The notes: generated by a model not told the origin, from the letters alone. 64,000 nt of DNA from Candidatus Magasanikbacteria bacterium CG10_big_fil_rev_8_21_14_0_10_36_32 (GCA_002778465.1 PFBV01000003.1:87736-151735); one strand, 5' to 3'; shown: positions 30,456-41,671, counted from the stretch's first letter. Program-made: numbers and translations.

Positions 30456-31622
30456 ATGATTACTAGACGGCTTTCAACTCGCCCTATTCCTCCACCGCCA
30501 GTTCGACTTTATCGAACTGTGGCGTTAACATTTTTATTTATCACCATAGTTCTACTCGGTTTTGTTATTTTTGCCATGTTAAAAAAGACTGAAATTATTA
30601 TTATGGCACGCGAGGATACCAAGTCGGTCAAAACAATCATTACTGCCGAACAACAAAAACAAGGCGTTAAATCCATCAACTCTATTGTCACTTCAACGCA
30701 ATTTTATTGGCTTGAAAAATATACTCCGACTGCTGTCAAAAATGTTCCCAGCACATCAAAAGGACAGGTAATTATTTATAATAAAACTAATGAAAATCAA
30801 ATTTTAGTAAAAACCACTCGTTTATTGACACCAAATAATGTTCTCTTTCGTTTATCGGATAGAGTAATAATTCCGGCTAATGGACAATTAACCGCTGACG
30901 TATATGCTGATAAATCCGGCTCAACCAGCGATATCGGTCCGAGTCAATTCACTATTCCTGGATTATCCACGGAAAAACAAAAACTAATCTACGCTGAAAG
31001 CAAAACAGCTATGGTTGGCGGTTCAGGCACAACTAAGGTGGTTAGTGAATCTGATTTAAAAGCCGCTGAAATGGATTTTATGGAAAAAACAAAACAAGCA
31101 TTTTTAGATAAATTTGTTTCTTCTAACAACTCCAAAACAACATCGGCTGACTTCGACCAAAAAATCGTCAATGTTACATCCCAACACATTTCTCCTTCAG
31201 CAAAAATCGGACAAGAAACAAACGAATTCACTATTTCCGGAACCAGTACACTAACGGTTGTGTTTTATAACCGACAAGAATTAATAGAAACATTAAATAA
31301 AGAAATTGGTTCAAATATTGATAATGGCTCTGAAAAAATTCTATCTTTAAACGGAGAACCTCAAATTTCCATAGAATCGGTTGACTTGTCTAATGCCAAC
31401 GCCCGCTTATCTGTTACCGCTCAAGCATTGGTCACATTGGATGCTAATGCGCCACTATTGTCTAAAGAAAACTTTTTAAATAAAAATAAAAGCGAACTGG
31501 AAAGATACATCGTTGGTTTACCACATGTCATTAGTATGAATATCAAATTCACACCATCATGGATTACTAAAACTCCTGGTGTGCCAGATAAAATTAAAGT
31601 GATTGTAAAAAATGTAAAATAA
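30456..31622 (+). CDS. Single-TM protein with baseplate-J-like beta domain (hypothetical)
   Basis: N-terminal TM; SKGQVIIYN...LVKTTRLLT...VYADKSG...IGPSQFTIPGL pattern. Confidence 0.5.
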   Translation: MITRRLSTRPIPPPPVRLYRTVALTFLFITIVLLGFVIFAMLKKTEIIIMAREDTKSVKTIITAEQQKQGVKSINSIVTSTQFYWLEKYTPTAVKNVPSTSKGQVIIYNKTNENQILVKTTRLLTPNNVLFRLSDRVIIPANGQLTADVYADKSGSTSDIGPSQFTIPGLSTEKQKLIYAESKTAMVGGSGTTKVVSESDLKAAEMDFMEKTKQAFLDKFVSSNNSKTTSADFDQKIVNVTSQHISPSAKIGQETNEFTISGTSTLTVVFYNRQELIETLNKEIGSNIDNGSEKILSLNGEPQISIESVDLSNANARLSVTAQALVTLDANAPLLSKENFLNKNKSELERYIVGLPHVISMNIKFTPSWITKTPGVPDKIKVIVKNVK

Positions 31623-31678
31623 AATCTAAATATAAAAAATTCTCCCCAAATTTGGGGAGAATTTTTTATATTTAGATT
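31623..31678. terminator. Perfect 56-bp palindrome; bidirectional terminator
   Basis: AATCTAAATATAAAAAATTCTCCCCAAA|TTTGGGGAGAATTTTTTATATTTAGATT. Confidence 0.8.
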
Positions 31679-33500
31679 ACTCCATTATTTTTTTAATTTC
31701 ATCTTGTTCAATTGTTTCTTTTTCTAATAACACTGCCACCATCTTTTCTAATTTATCACGATTTAATTCTATAATTTGTTTAGCTTTCTTTTCCGCTTCC
31801 AATAATAGATTAGAAACTTCTTTATCAATTGCTTCCGCAGTTTTATCACTATAATCCTGTTGATCATGAATTTCTTTGCCTAAAAAAATCATTTCTTCGT
31901 GTTCACCGAAAGTTCGCGGACCTAAATCACTCATACCAAATCTAGTAACCATGTTTTTAGCCAATTGAGTAGCACTTTTCAAATCACTAGACGGACCTGT
32001 AGAAATCATTTCATCGCCAAAAATCATTTTTTCAACCACATAACCTCCCATAATCATAGCCAATTCTGATTTAAACTGTGCTAAAGTATGATAATGACGA
32101 TCTTCTGACGGCATTTTCAAAGTATAACCACCGGCTTGACCGCGTGAAATGATTGATACTTTTCTCACAGGATCACCATGAGGTAATAAATGACCAACTA
32201 CAGCATGACCAGCCTCATGATAAGCCGTCATTTTCTTTTCCTGTTCAGTAATCACTCTATTTTTTCTTTCCGGTCCAAGTAAAACTTTTTCAATACTTTC
32301 CAAAATTTCATCCTCGGTAACTTTTTTTAATCCACGACGGACGGTTAATATTGCCGCTTCATTTAATAAATTTTCCAAATCAGCTCCGGAAAAACCAGGA
32401 GTTCGTTCGGCAATTTTTCTCAATGAAACTTCCGCCACTAATGGTTTATTTAAAGCGTGAATTGCTAAAATTTCTTCTCTATCTTTAATGTCCGGCAAAT
32501 CTAACACTACACGACGATCGAAACGACCCGGACGCAACAAGGCCGGATCCAAAACATCCGGACGATTAGTCGCGGCAATAACAATGACACCAATATTAGG
32601 ATCAAAACCGTCCATTTCCACCAAAATTTGATTTAATGTTTGTTCCCGTTCATCATGTCCACCTCCCAAACCAGCTCCACGACGTCTGCCTACCGCATCA
32701 ATCTCGTCAATAAAAACAATCGCTGGCGCGGCTTTTTTAGCCTTACCAAATAAATCTCTTACTCGCGAAGCGCCAACACCAACAAACATTTCTACAAATT
32801 CAGAACCCGACATGTGAAAAAATGGCACATTAGCTTCTCCAGCTACCGCTTTAGCTAATAATGTTTTACCTGTTCCCGGCGCACCCATTAACAATACTCC
32901 TTTGGGAATTTTAGCGCCCATTTGAGCGAATTTTTTTGGATGTTTCAAAAAATCAACAATTTCTAACAACTCTTGTTTTGCTTCACCTGCTCCAGCAACA
33001 TTTTTAAATGTTTTTTTCTCACGCGGTCCGGCTCCGGCTTGGCGAGGATTACTTTGACCAAAACCCATCGCCTTATTATTCATTCCTTGCACTCCACGAC
33101 TCATAAAATAAAAAAAGAAAATAATAATAATCAACGGCAACAAAGCCGGAATTAAATTAGCTGCCCAAAATTTCCATGAACTTTCATCTTTAACTTCCAC
33201 TTCCAATAATTTACGAGCTTCATCAGATACTCCATAATCTTTCATAATTGAACCAAAAGAATCTGTAGGCTCTTTTTTAACTTCCTGTAATTTAGCTGAT
33301 GTATCTTTTAATTCTACTTTTAATAAATTGCCTTCCACTGTTACTTTTTTAACCGTATTAGCGTTAATTTCTTCCACCATTTTAGCTACACCAATTATTT
33401 CAGGTTTCTTACTGTCATCACCCTTAAAAAAACTAATAACACCAGCGATTAAAAATAACGCTAAAAACACTATTAAAAAATTCTTCAAAAAATCTTTCAT
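31677..33500 (-). CDS. ftsH: ATP-dependent zinc metalloprotease FtsH
   Basis: Two TMs, [38 protein letters not shown]. Confidence 0.98.
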   Translation of the reverse strand: MKDFLKNFLIVFLALFLIAGVISFFKGDDSKKPEIIGVAKMVEEINANTVKKVTVEGNLLKVELKDTSAKLQEVKKEPTDSFGSIMKDYGVSDEARKLLEVEVKDESSWKFWAANLIPALLPLIIIIFFFYFMSRGVQGMNNKAMGFGQSNPRQAGAGPREKKTFKNVAGAGEAKQELLEIVDFLKHPKKFAQMGAKIPKGVLLMGAPGTGKTLLAKAVAGEANVPFFHMSGSEFVEMFVGVGASRVRDLFGKAKKAAPAIVFIDEIDAVGRRRGAGLGGGHDEREQTLNQILVEMDGFDPNIGVIVIAATNRPDVLDPALLRPGRFDRRVVLDLPDIKDREEILAIHALNKPLVAEVSLRKIAERTPGFSGADLENLLNEAAILTVRRGLKKVTEDEILESIEKVLLGPERKNRVITEQEKKMTAYHEAGHAVVGHLLPHGDPVRKVSIISRGQAGGYTLKMPSEDRHYHTLAQFKSELAMIMGGYVVEKMIFGDEMISTGPSSDLKSATQLAKNMVTRFGMSDLGPRTFGEHEEMIFLGKEIHDQQDYSDKTAEAIDKEVSNLLLEAEKKAKQIIELNRDKLEKMVAVLLEKETIEQDEIKKIME

Positions 33501-33581
33501 AAAAATTTATAAGTTAATAATTTATAGACTTATTAGATTATAACCTCAAAACATTAAAAAATCAAGTTTGCTTTACTAAAC

Positions 33582-33611
33582 AAAAAACCTCGTTTTTAAA
33601 CGAGGTTTTTT
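33582..33611 (-). terminator. Terminator after rpsA
   Basis: AAAAAACCTCGTTT-TT-AAACGAGGTTTTTT. Confidence 0.75.
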
Positions 33612-33622
33612 ACTTTTTTATT

Positions 33623-34828
33623 TTACTCAGTCGTTTCTTCCTTGTCCTCTTTAATTTTTACCTCTTCCTTAACAGATTTTTCTTCTATTTTTTCCTCTTT
33701 TTCCTCAACCTGTTCTTCAGTTTGAGATGTTTCAGATTTTCGTCCGGCCTTACCTTTTACTCCCGCCACACGCAAACCAAGACGATGTTCCATTGGTTCT
33801 AAAGAAACAATGATGAATTCCTGATCCTGTCCAATTTTGAATTTATCCTGAATATTGTGCATTGGTTCATCAGATAATTCTGAAACATGAGCTAAACCAT
33901 GTATTTCCTTATCTAAACTTACCATCAAACCAAACGGTTCTATCTTTAAAATTTTACCCGTAACTGTATCTCCAATTTTAAATTTATCTTTAACCTGTTT
34001 CCAAGGATCTTCTACTAAACGTTTAATGGATAAATAAATTTTAGAACGATCAAGTTGTATAATCTGAGCTTTAACTTTATCACCAACCTTAACTAAATCT
34101 TTCGGGTGATCAATTCTTTGCCAAGCGATTTCAGAAATATGTATTAAACCTTCTAAACCATCTCCAAATTTAATAAAGACACCAAAAGAAGTCAGAGCAC
34201 TAACTTCACCTTCAACAATATCTCCAACTTTATAAGCCTCCAAAACAGCTTTTTGAGCGTCTTCCCAAACAGCTTTTTCAGAAACAATCAATTTTTCTTC
34301 ACGTTCATCCAAATCAATCACTTTGACTTCCAAATCTTGTCCGATTAAATCATGTAATTTTTCTAAAATTCTACTTTTGTCACCACCGGTCACTCTTGGA
34401 TAATGATCAGGATTCAATTGAGAAACCGGCATAAAACCGTTTAATGGACCTACTTGCATCATTAAACCGCCTTTGTTGGCTGATAATGCTTTGGCTTTTA
34501 CAGTTATGCCTTGTTTCATCCATTTTCGCATATTATCCCAAACACGCTGCATACCGGCGGTACGGAATGATAATTCCATTTCACCGTTTTCATTTTCCAA
34601 ATCAATAACAGTGCCTTCCACTTCATCGCCAGGTTTTAAATTGGCATATTCTGACGACTCAGAGAACATTTCTTTTCCACGAACAATAGCAGTGGTCAAA
34701 TTTTCTATATCAATTCTAATTTCACCTTTATCCACTGATAAAATTATACCTTTAATAATATCTCCGACTTTAGGAAAATTAACATTAGCCGATTGTAACA
34801 ATGTCTTAAAGTCTTGTTTGGTATCCAT
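33623..34828 (-). CDS. rpsA: 30S ribosomal protein S1 (four S1 domains)
   Basis: Repeated S1 motifs (GFMPVSQL, EGLIHISEI, GLAHVSEL); ATG at 34828 preferred. Confidence 0.88.
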   Translation of the reverse strand: MDTKQDFKTLLQSANVNFPKVGDIIKGIILSVDKGEIRIDIENLTTAIVRGKEMFSESSEYANLKPGDEVEGTVIDLENENGEMELSFRTAGMQRVWDNMRKWMKQGITVKAKALSANKGGLMMQVGPLNGFMPVSQLNPDHYPRVTGGDKSRILEKLHDLIGQDLEVKVIDLDEREEKLIVSEKAVWEDAQKAVLEAYKVGDIVEGEVSALTSFGVFIKFGDGLEGLIHISEIAWQRIDHPKDLVKVGDKVKAQIIQLDRSKIYLSIKRLVEDPWKQVKDKFKIGDTVTGKILKIEPFGLMVSLDKEIHGLAHVSELSDEPMHNIQDKFKIGQDQEFIIVSLEPMEHRLGLRVAGVKGKAGRKSETSQTEEQVEEKEEKIEEKSVKEEVKIKEDKEETTE

Positions 34829-35221
34829 ATATTTTATAATGATTTTTTTTATCTGTTCCACTGTTTGGGGTGGCAAATAAAAAAAATTGCTTTAGCCTCC
34901 GTCTTAAGCGGAAGTTCCAACCACTAAACCGGGCTGGATTTAATTAACTAATTGTTGAGAAGAGTATAACAAAAAATAAAAAAACTGTCAAGGGCTACAG
35001 TTATTTTTACTAATATTTTCATCTCTCCGCTTATTAATTTGACGGCTAACCGCCTTATTCAATTTTTTATCTAAAATTAGCCAAAATTATGACCAAAGTT
35101 GTCCACTTTTTATACCCAAAATTACCTTGAAAAAAAACACAATTTTTGCTAAAATATAGGCACAAATTAGCTATAATATTACTATTAAAATTAATTATTT
35201 TTAACTTTTGATTTGTTTTTT

Positions 35222-35839
35222 ATGCATATAAATTGGCTCGGACAAACCTGCGTTAAGCTACAATCAAAAAATCTTAAAGACGAAGATGTCATAATTTTAA
35301 TTGATGGCTATAAACCGTCCAAAGGAGATTTTCCTCGTTCTTTTAGTCCCAACATTGCTTTGTTTTCTAATGGTGAAAATAACTCTGCCACTCTCAGTCA
35401 AAATCCTCTAATTGCCAACACATTGGGAGAGTATGAAGCAAAAGATACAATGATATATGCATTGCCTGGACCTGATGGAAAATTAATTTTTAAAATTATT
35501 ACCGAAGGAATGACAATTGTCCATTTGGGTCAACTTAATAAAAAATTAAACCAGGATTTAATCAATCAATTGGATAATCCTGATATTTTACTGATTCCAG
35601 TTGGTGGAGGAAATTATCTAAACCCAGAAATAGCAGCAGAAATGGTTACTACATTAGAACCACGCATCGTTATTCCTATCGCCTTACAATGTGATACTGA
35701 CCCGAAAGCTGGAACTGCTAATGATTTTATTAAACAAATAGGTTTAAAACCAGAAATAACTGAGAAAAAAATTATTATTAAGAAAAAAGATTTGCCACAA
35801 GAAGAAACTAAACTAATAATTTTAGAAAAAAATTATTAG
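35222..35839 (+). CDS. MBL-fold hydrolase-like protein with degenerate metal site
   Basis: MHINWLGQTCVKL, GEYE, HLGQL, DILLIPVGG, EPRIVIP; HxHxDH motif absent. Confidence 0.75.
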   Translation: MHINWLGQTCVKLQSKNLKDEDVIILIDGYKPSKGDFPRSFSPNIALFSNGENNSATLSQNPLIANTLGEYEAKDTMIYALPGPDGKLIFKIITEGMTIVHLGQLNKKLNQDLINQLDNPDILLIPVGGGNYLNPEIAAEMVTTLEPRIVIPIALQCDTDPKAGTANDFIKQIGLKPEITEKKIIIKKKDLPQEETKLIILEKNY

Positions 35840-35876
35840 TTTAGTCATACTAAATTTACCTCTTAGGTTCTTTACT

Positions 35877-36284
35877 ATGCCAAAAAAAAAGACTGTTCAG
35901 CAAAAAAAAACAAAAACATCTGAATCGAAAAATAAAAATTTTGATTTTTATAATCGCGCATCTGACATTAATAGACGGCAAACTTGGATGTGGTTAGGAG
36001 TAGGAACAGTTTTAATAACTATAATATTCTTTTGGATTTGGTCTATAAAAATCGGTTTTTCTTCTCTCTCCTGGCAAAACTCCAAAGAACAACAAATAAT
36101 CAGTAATATAAAAAATAACTGGCAAGAACAGTTTTCCGACAGTAAACCAATTTTAAATGATGAAGAAAAAATTTTGGTTCAAAATAAACTTAAAACTATA
36201 TTTAACCAAAACACTTCCCCTATTACCTCTACCGTTACATCAACCACATCAACAATTTCTCTAATTTCTACAACAACTAATTAA
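35877..36284 (+). CDS. Hypothetical single-TM protein with Ser/Thr-rich tail
   Basis: ORF fills the gap before gyrA; one TM. Confidence 0.6.
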   Translation: MPKKKTVQQKKTKTSESKNKNFDFYNRASDINRRQTWMWLGVGTVLITIIFFWIWSIKIGFSSLSWQNSKEQQIISNIKNNWQEQFSDSKPILNDEEKILVQNKLKTIFNQNTSPITSTVTSTTSTISLISTTTN

Positions 36285-36289
36285 AAAAT

Positions 36290-38788
36290 ATGCCTCAAAC
36301 TCAAGTCAAAATGCCATTGGCAAAAAATGAAATAGGAAAATTAATTAATACTCCGATTGCCGATGAAGTAAAACAATCTTACTTGGAATATGCAATGAGT
36401 GTTATTATTTCCCGCGCTTTACCAGATGTGCGTGATGGTTTTAAACCTGTACATCGACGCATTTTATATGCCATGTGGGATATCGGTCTTAAACATACTT
36501 CAAAATTTCGTAAATCAGCCCATGTAGTCGGTGAGGTAATGGCTAAATACCATCCACATGGCGATGCCGCGATTTACGATTCTATGGTTCGTATGGCTCA
36601 GGACTTTTCTATGCGTCAAACTTTCGTAGACGGACAAGGCAACTTTGGTTCAATGGACGGAGATAGTGCCGCTGCCATGCGTTATACTGAAGCACGCTTG
36701 AGTTCTTTGGCTGAAGAAATGCTTTTTGATATTGAAAAAAATACAGTTAATTTTACTCCGACCTATGATGGCTCTCACCATGAACCTTCTGTTTTACCGT
36801 CTAAAGTTCCTAATTTGCTTTTAAATGGTACCATGGGCATTGCTGTCGGTATGTCCACCTCTATTCCACCACATAACTTAAATGAACTATGTGACGGTGT
36901 AATTGCTTTAATTGATAATCCAAAAACAACCACTGAGGATCTATCAGAAATTATTAAAGGACCTGATTTTCCAACTGGCGGTATTATTTATAATAAAAAG
37001 GATATCGCCACTACATATGCCACTGGCAAGGGTGGTGTGGTCATCCGCGCTAAAGCTGAAATCCAGGAAGTTAAATCTGGATATTTTCAAATTATTGTCA
37101 GTGAAGTACCTTATCAGGTTAACAAAGCAACTTTATTAGAAAAAATTGCAGGATTGGTTCAAGAAAAGAAAATTGAGGGGATTAAAGATTTACGAGATGA
37201 ATCATCCAGTAAAGACGGAGTTCGAGTAGTGATTGATTTAAAAAAAGATTCATATCCGAAAAAAATTCTCAATCAACTATTTAACATGACCGAATTGCAA
37301 ACGACTTTCCATACCAATATGTTGGCTTTAATTGACGGAATTCAACCTCGTGTATTAAATTTAAAAACAATTCTAGAAGAATTTATTAAACACCGCCAAG
37401 TGGTTATTCGTCGCCGAGCTGAATTTGATTTGGAAAAAGCTCAAGATCGCGCGCACATACTTAAGGGCTTAAGTATGGCATTAGACAAAATTGAAATGGT
37501 CATCAAAACCATCCGCGCTTCTAAAGACAAAGATGAGGCTAAGAAAAATTTAATATCCAAATTTAAATTCACCGAACGACAAACAACTGCTATTTTAGAA
37601 ATGAAACTTCAACAATTGGCTAACTTAGAAAGGAAAAAAATTGAAGATGAATTGAAAGAAAAAATGACTTTGATTAAAGAATTGGAATCGCTTCTTGCTT
37701 CCACTGCCAAAATTTTAAAAAATATCAGACAAGAAACTGAAGAAATTAAAAACAAATACGGTCAGCCACGCCGTACACAAATTGTCGCGCATGGCGTTAA
37801 AGAATTTACAGTAGAAGATTTAGTTCCAAACGAACCTGCCATCATAATGATTACCACCGATGGATATATTAAACGTTTATCTCCGGATACTTTCCACTCT
37901 CAATCTCGAGGTGGAAAAGGTGTAATTGGAGTCACTACCAAAGAAGAAGAAACTGTTGATCAACTTCAAGCTACCAATACTCATGATAATATTTTATTTT
38001 TCACCAATCGCGGACGAGTTTTTCAACTTTTTGCTTATGATATACCACAAGCCAGCCGTACTGCCAAAGGTCAGGCCTTAGTCAATTTCCTGCAATTAGC
38101 GCCAAACGAAAAAGTCACTGCTTTAATGGCTATGAACACTATTACTGACGCCAAATTTATGGTAATGGCAACTTATAAAGGTTTAATCAAAAAAACTCCA
38201 ATTGATGCATTTTCTAATGTTCGTCGAAGTGGACTTATTGCATTAAAACTTAAAAATGAAGATGAATTGGCTTGGGTTAAACCTTCTTCAGGACAAGATG
38301 AAATTTCTATCATTACTAAGAGTGGACAAGCTATAAGATTTAAAGAAGATAATGTCCGACCAATGGGACGCACCGCCAGCGGTGTTCGTGGTATGCGCTT
38401 AAAAACCAACGATGAAGTAATTTCTATGGATATAGTTGATCCAAAAAATAAAAATGTTGAATTATTAACCATAGGTGAAAATGGTGTTGGAAAAAGAACC
38501 CCGTTGACTCAATACAAGGTACAAGGTCGTGGTGGTAGCGGTATTAAAACAGCTGAAATCACAAAAAAAACCGGATCATTAATTCATGCCAAAGTAATTG
38601 ACGGTTCAAAAGAAGATCAATATGACTTGATTATTATGTCTGCCAAAGGACAAGCAATTCGCCTGCCTTTCAAAACAGTATCCGTTTCAGGACGAGCAAC
38701 ACAAGGAGTTCGTCTGATGAGATTTAAAGAAGATGATGATAGGGTGGTCAGTGTCACACTGGTTAATCAAGAAACAGAAAACGATTAA
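36290..38788 (+). CDS. gyrA: DNA gyrase subunit A
   Basis: [29 protein letters not shown], GyrA-box-like QSRGGKG, beta-pinwheel repeats. Confidence 0.97.
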   Translation: MPQTQVKMPLAKNEIGKLINTPIADEVKQSYLEYAMSVIISRALPDVRDGFKPVHRRILYAMWDIGLKHTSKFRKSAHVVGEVMAKYHPHGDAAIYDSMVRMAQDFSMRQTFVDGQGNFGSMDGDSAAAMRYTEARLSSLAEEMLFDIEKNTVNFTPTYDGSHHEPSVLPSKVPNLLLNGTMGIAVGMSTSIPPHNLNELCDGVIALIDNPKTTTEDLSEIIKGPDFPTGGIIYNKKDIATTYATGKGGVVIRAKAEIQEVKSGYFQIIVSEVPYQVNKATLLEKIAGLVQEKKIEGIKDLRDESSSKDGVRVVIDLKKDSYPKKILNQLFNMTELQTTFHTNMLALIDGIQPRVLNLKTILEEFIKHRQVVIRRRAEFDLEKAQDRAHILKGLSMALDKIEMVIKTIRASKDKDEAKKNLISKFKFTERQTTAILEMKLQQLANLERKKIEDELKEKMTLIKELESLLASTAKILKNIRQETEEIKNKYGQPRRTQIVAHGVKEFTVEDLVPNEPAIIMITTDGYIKRLSPDTFHSQSRGGKGVIGVTTKEEETVDQLQATNTHDNILFFTNRGRVFQLFAYDIPQASRTAKGQALVNFLQLAPNEKVTALMAMNTITDAKFMVMATYKGLIKKTPIDAFSNVRRSGLIALKLKNEDELAWVKPSSGQDEISIITKSGQAIRFKEDNVRPMGRTASGVRGMRLKTNDEVISMDIVDPKNKNVELLTIGENGVGKRTPLTQYKVQGRGGSGIKTAEITKKTGSLIHAKVIDGSKEDQYDLIIMSAKGQAIRLPFKTVSVSGRATQGVRLMRFKEDDDRVVSVTLVNQETEND

Positions 38789-38790
38789 AT

Positions 38791-38818
38791 AAAAATCCCG
38801 GCTTAGGCCGGGATTTTT
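38791..38818 (+). terminator. Terminator after gyrA
   Basis: AAAAATCCCGGC-TTAG-GCCGGGATTTTT. Confidence 0.8.
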
Positions 38819-38866
38819 ATAATAATATTGACAAAACTACATTTTTATAGTAATATATGGACACTT

Positions 38867-38940
38867 GTCAGGGTAGCTCAGCTGGTTAGAGCACTGGATT
38901 CATAACCCGGAGGTCGGGAGTTCAAGTCTCCCCCCTGACA
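38867..38940 (+). tRNA. tRNA with CAT anticodon (probably elongator Met; Ile2 not excluded)
   Basis: Acceptor GTCAGGG/CCCTGAC, D-arm GCTC/GAGC, loop TTCATAA, T-arm GGGAG-TTCAAGT-CTCCC; promoter TTGACA-17-TAATAT at 38828. Confidence 0.93.
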
Positions 38941-38942
38941 CT

Positions 38943-39962
38943 ATGAAAATCCTTGGAATTGAAAGCTCGTGTGATGATACATCGGTCGCTTTATTAGATT
39001 GTTCTAAAAGCGGCTGTTTTATTGTATCTGAAAAAACCGCTTCACAAATTGATATACACAAAAAATATGGCGGCGTAGTTCCGGAAGTGGCCGGACGCTT
39101 ACACGCGGAAAAAATAACACCATTAATTGAAGAGATTTTAAAAAACAAAAGTAAACCAGACGCTATTGCCGTAACTTCCGGTCCGGGTTTAATTACAGGA
39201 TTAATTGTCGGCGTAGAAGCGGCTAGAACTTTATCTTATGCCTTAAAAATTCCAACAATAGATGTTAATCATATAGAGGGACATATACATTCGGTAGAAA
39301 TCAAAAATCAAAAATCAAAAATCAAAAATACTATCAAATACCCAGCTCTTGCTCTGATTGCCAGTGGCGGACATACTGAACTTATTCTAATTAAAAAACA
39401 AGGACACTACAAAATACTCGGAGCAACTAAAGATGATGCGGCTGGTGAATGCTTTGATAAAATAGCACAGTTACTAGGACTTCCTTATCCTGGCGGCCCT
39501 CAAATTTCAAAATTGGCACTTGACGGCGATGCAAAAGCAATAAAATTTCCACGTCCTATGCTAGACCAAAATAATTATGATTTCAGCTTTGCCGGATTAA
39601 AAACCTCGGCACTTTATTACTTTCAAAAAAATCCAAAAGTCAATACGAATAACTTTTGCGCTTCCGTAGAACAAGCTATTGTTGATGTTTTAATTGGTAA
39701 AACAATAAAAGCCGCTACACAGTACAACCCAAAAACAATCATTCTTGCCGGAGGGGTGGCAGCTAATAAAAAACTACGAACTATTTTAAACGAACAAATA
39801 AAAATAAAAATTCCGCATTCAAATTTTCTGATTCCGGATGGAAAATATTGCATGGATAATGCCGCCATGATTGCCGTGGCTGGATATTATAAAGCAGCCA
39901 AAAAAAAATACACTGACTGGCGCCAAATTAAAGCCGATCCGAATTGGGAACTTGGTTCATAA
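38943..39962 (+). CDS. tsaD: tRNA N6-adenosine threonylcarbamoyltransferase
   Basis: LGIESSCDDT, GGVVPEVA.R.H, GPGL, NHIEGH, SGGHT, DDAAGECFDK, DNAAMIA. Confidence 0.97.
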   Translation: MKILGIESSCDDTSVALLDCSKSGCFIVSEKTASQIDIHKKYGGVVPEVAGRLHAEKITPLIEEILKNKSKPDAIAVTSGPGLITGLIVGVEAARTLSYALKIPTIDVNHIEGHIHSVEIKNQKSKIKNTIKYPALALIASGGHTELILIKKQGHYKILGATKDDAAGECFDKIAQLLGLPYPGGPQISKLALDGDAKAIKFPRPMLDQNNYDFSFAGLKTSALYYFQKNPKVNTNNFCASVEQAIVDVLIGKTIKAATQYNPKTIILAGGVAANKKLRTILNEQIKIKIPHSNFLIPDGKYCMDNAAMIAVAGYYKAAKKKYTDWRQIKADPNWELGS

Positions 39963-39995
39963 TCACTCCAAAACATATGGAGTGATTTTTTGTTT

Positions 39996-40024
39996 TAAAA
40001 ACCCCACGCATTTTGCGTGGGGTT
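39996..40024 (-). terminator. Intrinsic terminator preceded by boxA-like TGTTCTTTTGAAAA (40028-40041)
   Basis: Minus strand AACCCCACGCA-AAA-TGCGTGGGGTTTTT; a separate tsaD terminator lies at 39961-39990. Confidence 0.8.
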
Positions 40025-40059
40025 AAATTTTCAAAAGAACAGAATTGATAAATTACAAA

Positions 40060-40686
40060 TCAACAATAAAATACGCGATCGCCGGCGAATAACATTTTTT
40101 TACTATTAACAGAACGGGCATAAATATACCAACCATTTCCACCCCATTCCACCACTACTGCCCGTAATATTTCTTTGTTATCGCAAACATAAAAAATATT
40201 TGAGTAACCGTTAGTCAAAAGAACACCACTCTCACCATTTTTCTGAATTTTCATTAATTCATAAATACCAAACAATGATACTTTTACTTTATCTTCTCCG
40301 CCAAAATCTTTAATGAGATATTGATATAGCGAGGCGCACATAAGATCCTTGTGAAAACGAGGAATCGTTTCTTTTTTTATCTCTTCAATTTTATCACCAA
40401 ACCATCCTTTAAAATTATCATCAATAGCAGATATTTTAACCAAAGATTCTGAGGAAATATCTATTTTAAAGCGACTAGATACGATAAAATTAGTAACTTC
40501 AACTACAATCAGATTAACTATTTCTTCAACAATACTTTCACCTTCAACAGTAACTAGGCGACAAAGATCAGTCAGTTTACCACCTCGTTTGCACACGGCG
40601 GCAACCAACAACTTCATTACTGAAACAAGCACATCATCCGCATTTTCTACATTCTCAGATACATCTTTTAAATTATCTTTTGACAT
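40060..40686 (-). CDS. Hypothetical protein (accessory cassette)
   Basis: 208-aa ORF with own promoter (TTGACA at 40792-40797), boxA-like motifs, SD-like AAGGGA and terminator. Confidence 0.7.
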   Translation of the reverse strand: MSKDNLKDVSENVENADDVLVSVMKLLVAAVCKRGGKLTDLCRLVTVEGESIVEEIVNLIVVEVTNFIVSSRFKIDISSESLVKISAIDDNFKGWFGDKIEEIKKETIPRFHKDLMCASLYQYLIKDFGGEDKVKVSLFGIYELMKIQKNGESGVLLTNGYSNIFYVCDNKEILRAVVVEWGGNGWYIYARSVNSKKMLFAGDRVFYC

Positions 40687-40858
40687 TATTATTTCCCTTT
40701 ATTTAAGATTATCATTCATATAGATAATCTATTGGCAGTCAACGTTTTATTTTCAAAGAACAATTACATTAATACCATCTAATGACAATTTTGTCAAAGA
40801 CTAAATTATGTTCTATAATCTAAAATTTTAAATAAATAATTACTTCTACAAAATATTT

Positions 40859-41671
40859 TTATTTTTGGCAAACTTCACAAAATACAGTACCTCTACCACC
40901 AAGCTTAATTGTCTTAAGAATATTTCCACAACGACGACATTTTTCCCCACCATGTCCATAAACCTTAAGCCGTGGAACAAAATTACCTTCTTTACCAAAT
41001 AAATTCAAATAATTTACAGCCGAGCTTCCTCCACATTTAATCGCTTCGGACAAAACTTTTTTAATCGCCTGATATAATTTTTTGGCTTCATTTTTTTTCA
41101 AACTGCCGGCTGAACGAATCGGTTTAATGCCGGACGCAAAACAGGCTTCTTGAACATAAATATTTCCTAATCCGGCGATTAATTTTTGATCCAGCAATAA
41201 TTGTTTAATTTTCATTTTCGGACGTTTATTTAAAATTTCTTGAAAATTTTTAAAAATAAATTTATTGTCTAAAGGTTCTGGACCATATTCTGTATTCATA
41301 ATTTTAGATAATTCCATAACTGATAATAATTTTAAATATCCAAATCTGCGCATATCATTAAATAACAACCAATCATTCAATCCAAACTTAAAAATAACTC
41401 TGGTGTGCTTATTTTTTTCTCCGCGCCATAAATATTGTCCGGTCATTTTCAAATGTGTCACTAAAACCAAATCATTAGATAAATAAAACAATAATAATTT
41501 CGCCCGTCGGGCGATTTTTTTAATTTTAACTCCAATAATTTTCTTAACAAAAATCTTCGCCGGCATTTTAATTGTTTTGGAAGATAATATTTTAATACCG
41601 GTAATTTTTTTACCGGTAATTTTTTTCGCTAATTGGCTTCTTATGGTTTCAACTTCAGGAAGTTCGGGCAT
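40859..41671 (-). CDS. mutM: Formamidopyrimidine-DNA glycosylase
   Basis: MPELPEVET start (ATG 41671), HLKMTG, LLDQKLIAGLGNIY, C-terminal zinc finger. Confidence 0.96.
   Translation of the reverse strand: MPELPEVETIRSQLAKKITGKKITGIKILSSKTIKMPAKIFVKKIIGVKIKKIARRAKLLLFYLSNDLVLVTHLKMTGQYLWRGEKNKHTRVIFKFGLNDWLLFNDMRRFGYLKLLSVMELSKIMNTEYGPEPLDNKFIFKNFQEILNKRPKMKIKQLLLDQKLIAGLGNIYVQEACFASGIKPIRSAGSLKKNEAKKLYQAIKKVLSEAIKCGGSSAVNYLNLFGKEGNFVPRLKVYGHGGEKCRRCGNILKTIKLGGRGTVFCEVCQK

Noticed and set aside
38867-38945. tRNA only 2 nt upstream of tsaD as an integration-site scar
   Set aside because: No duplicated tRNA 3' end was seen in the window; compact co-transcription is sufficient
38900-39148. Minus-strand ORF ending in SGGRLELPTSGL
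   Set aside because: Antisense translation of the tRNA and tsaD
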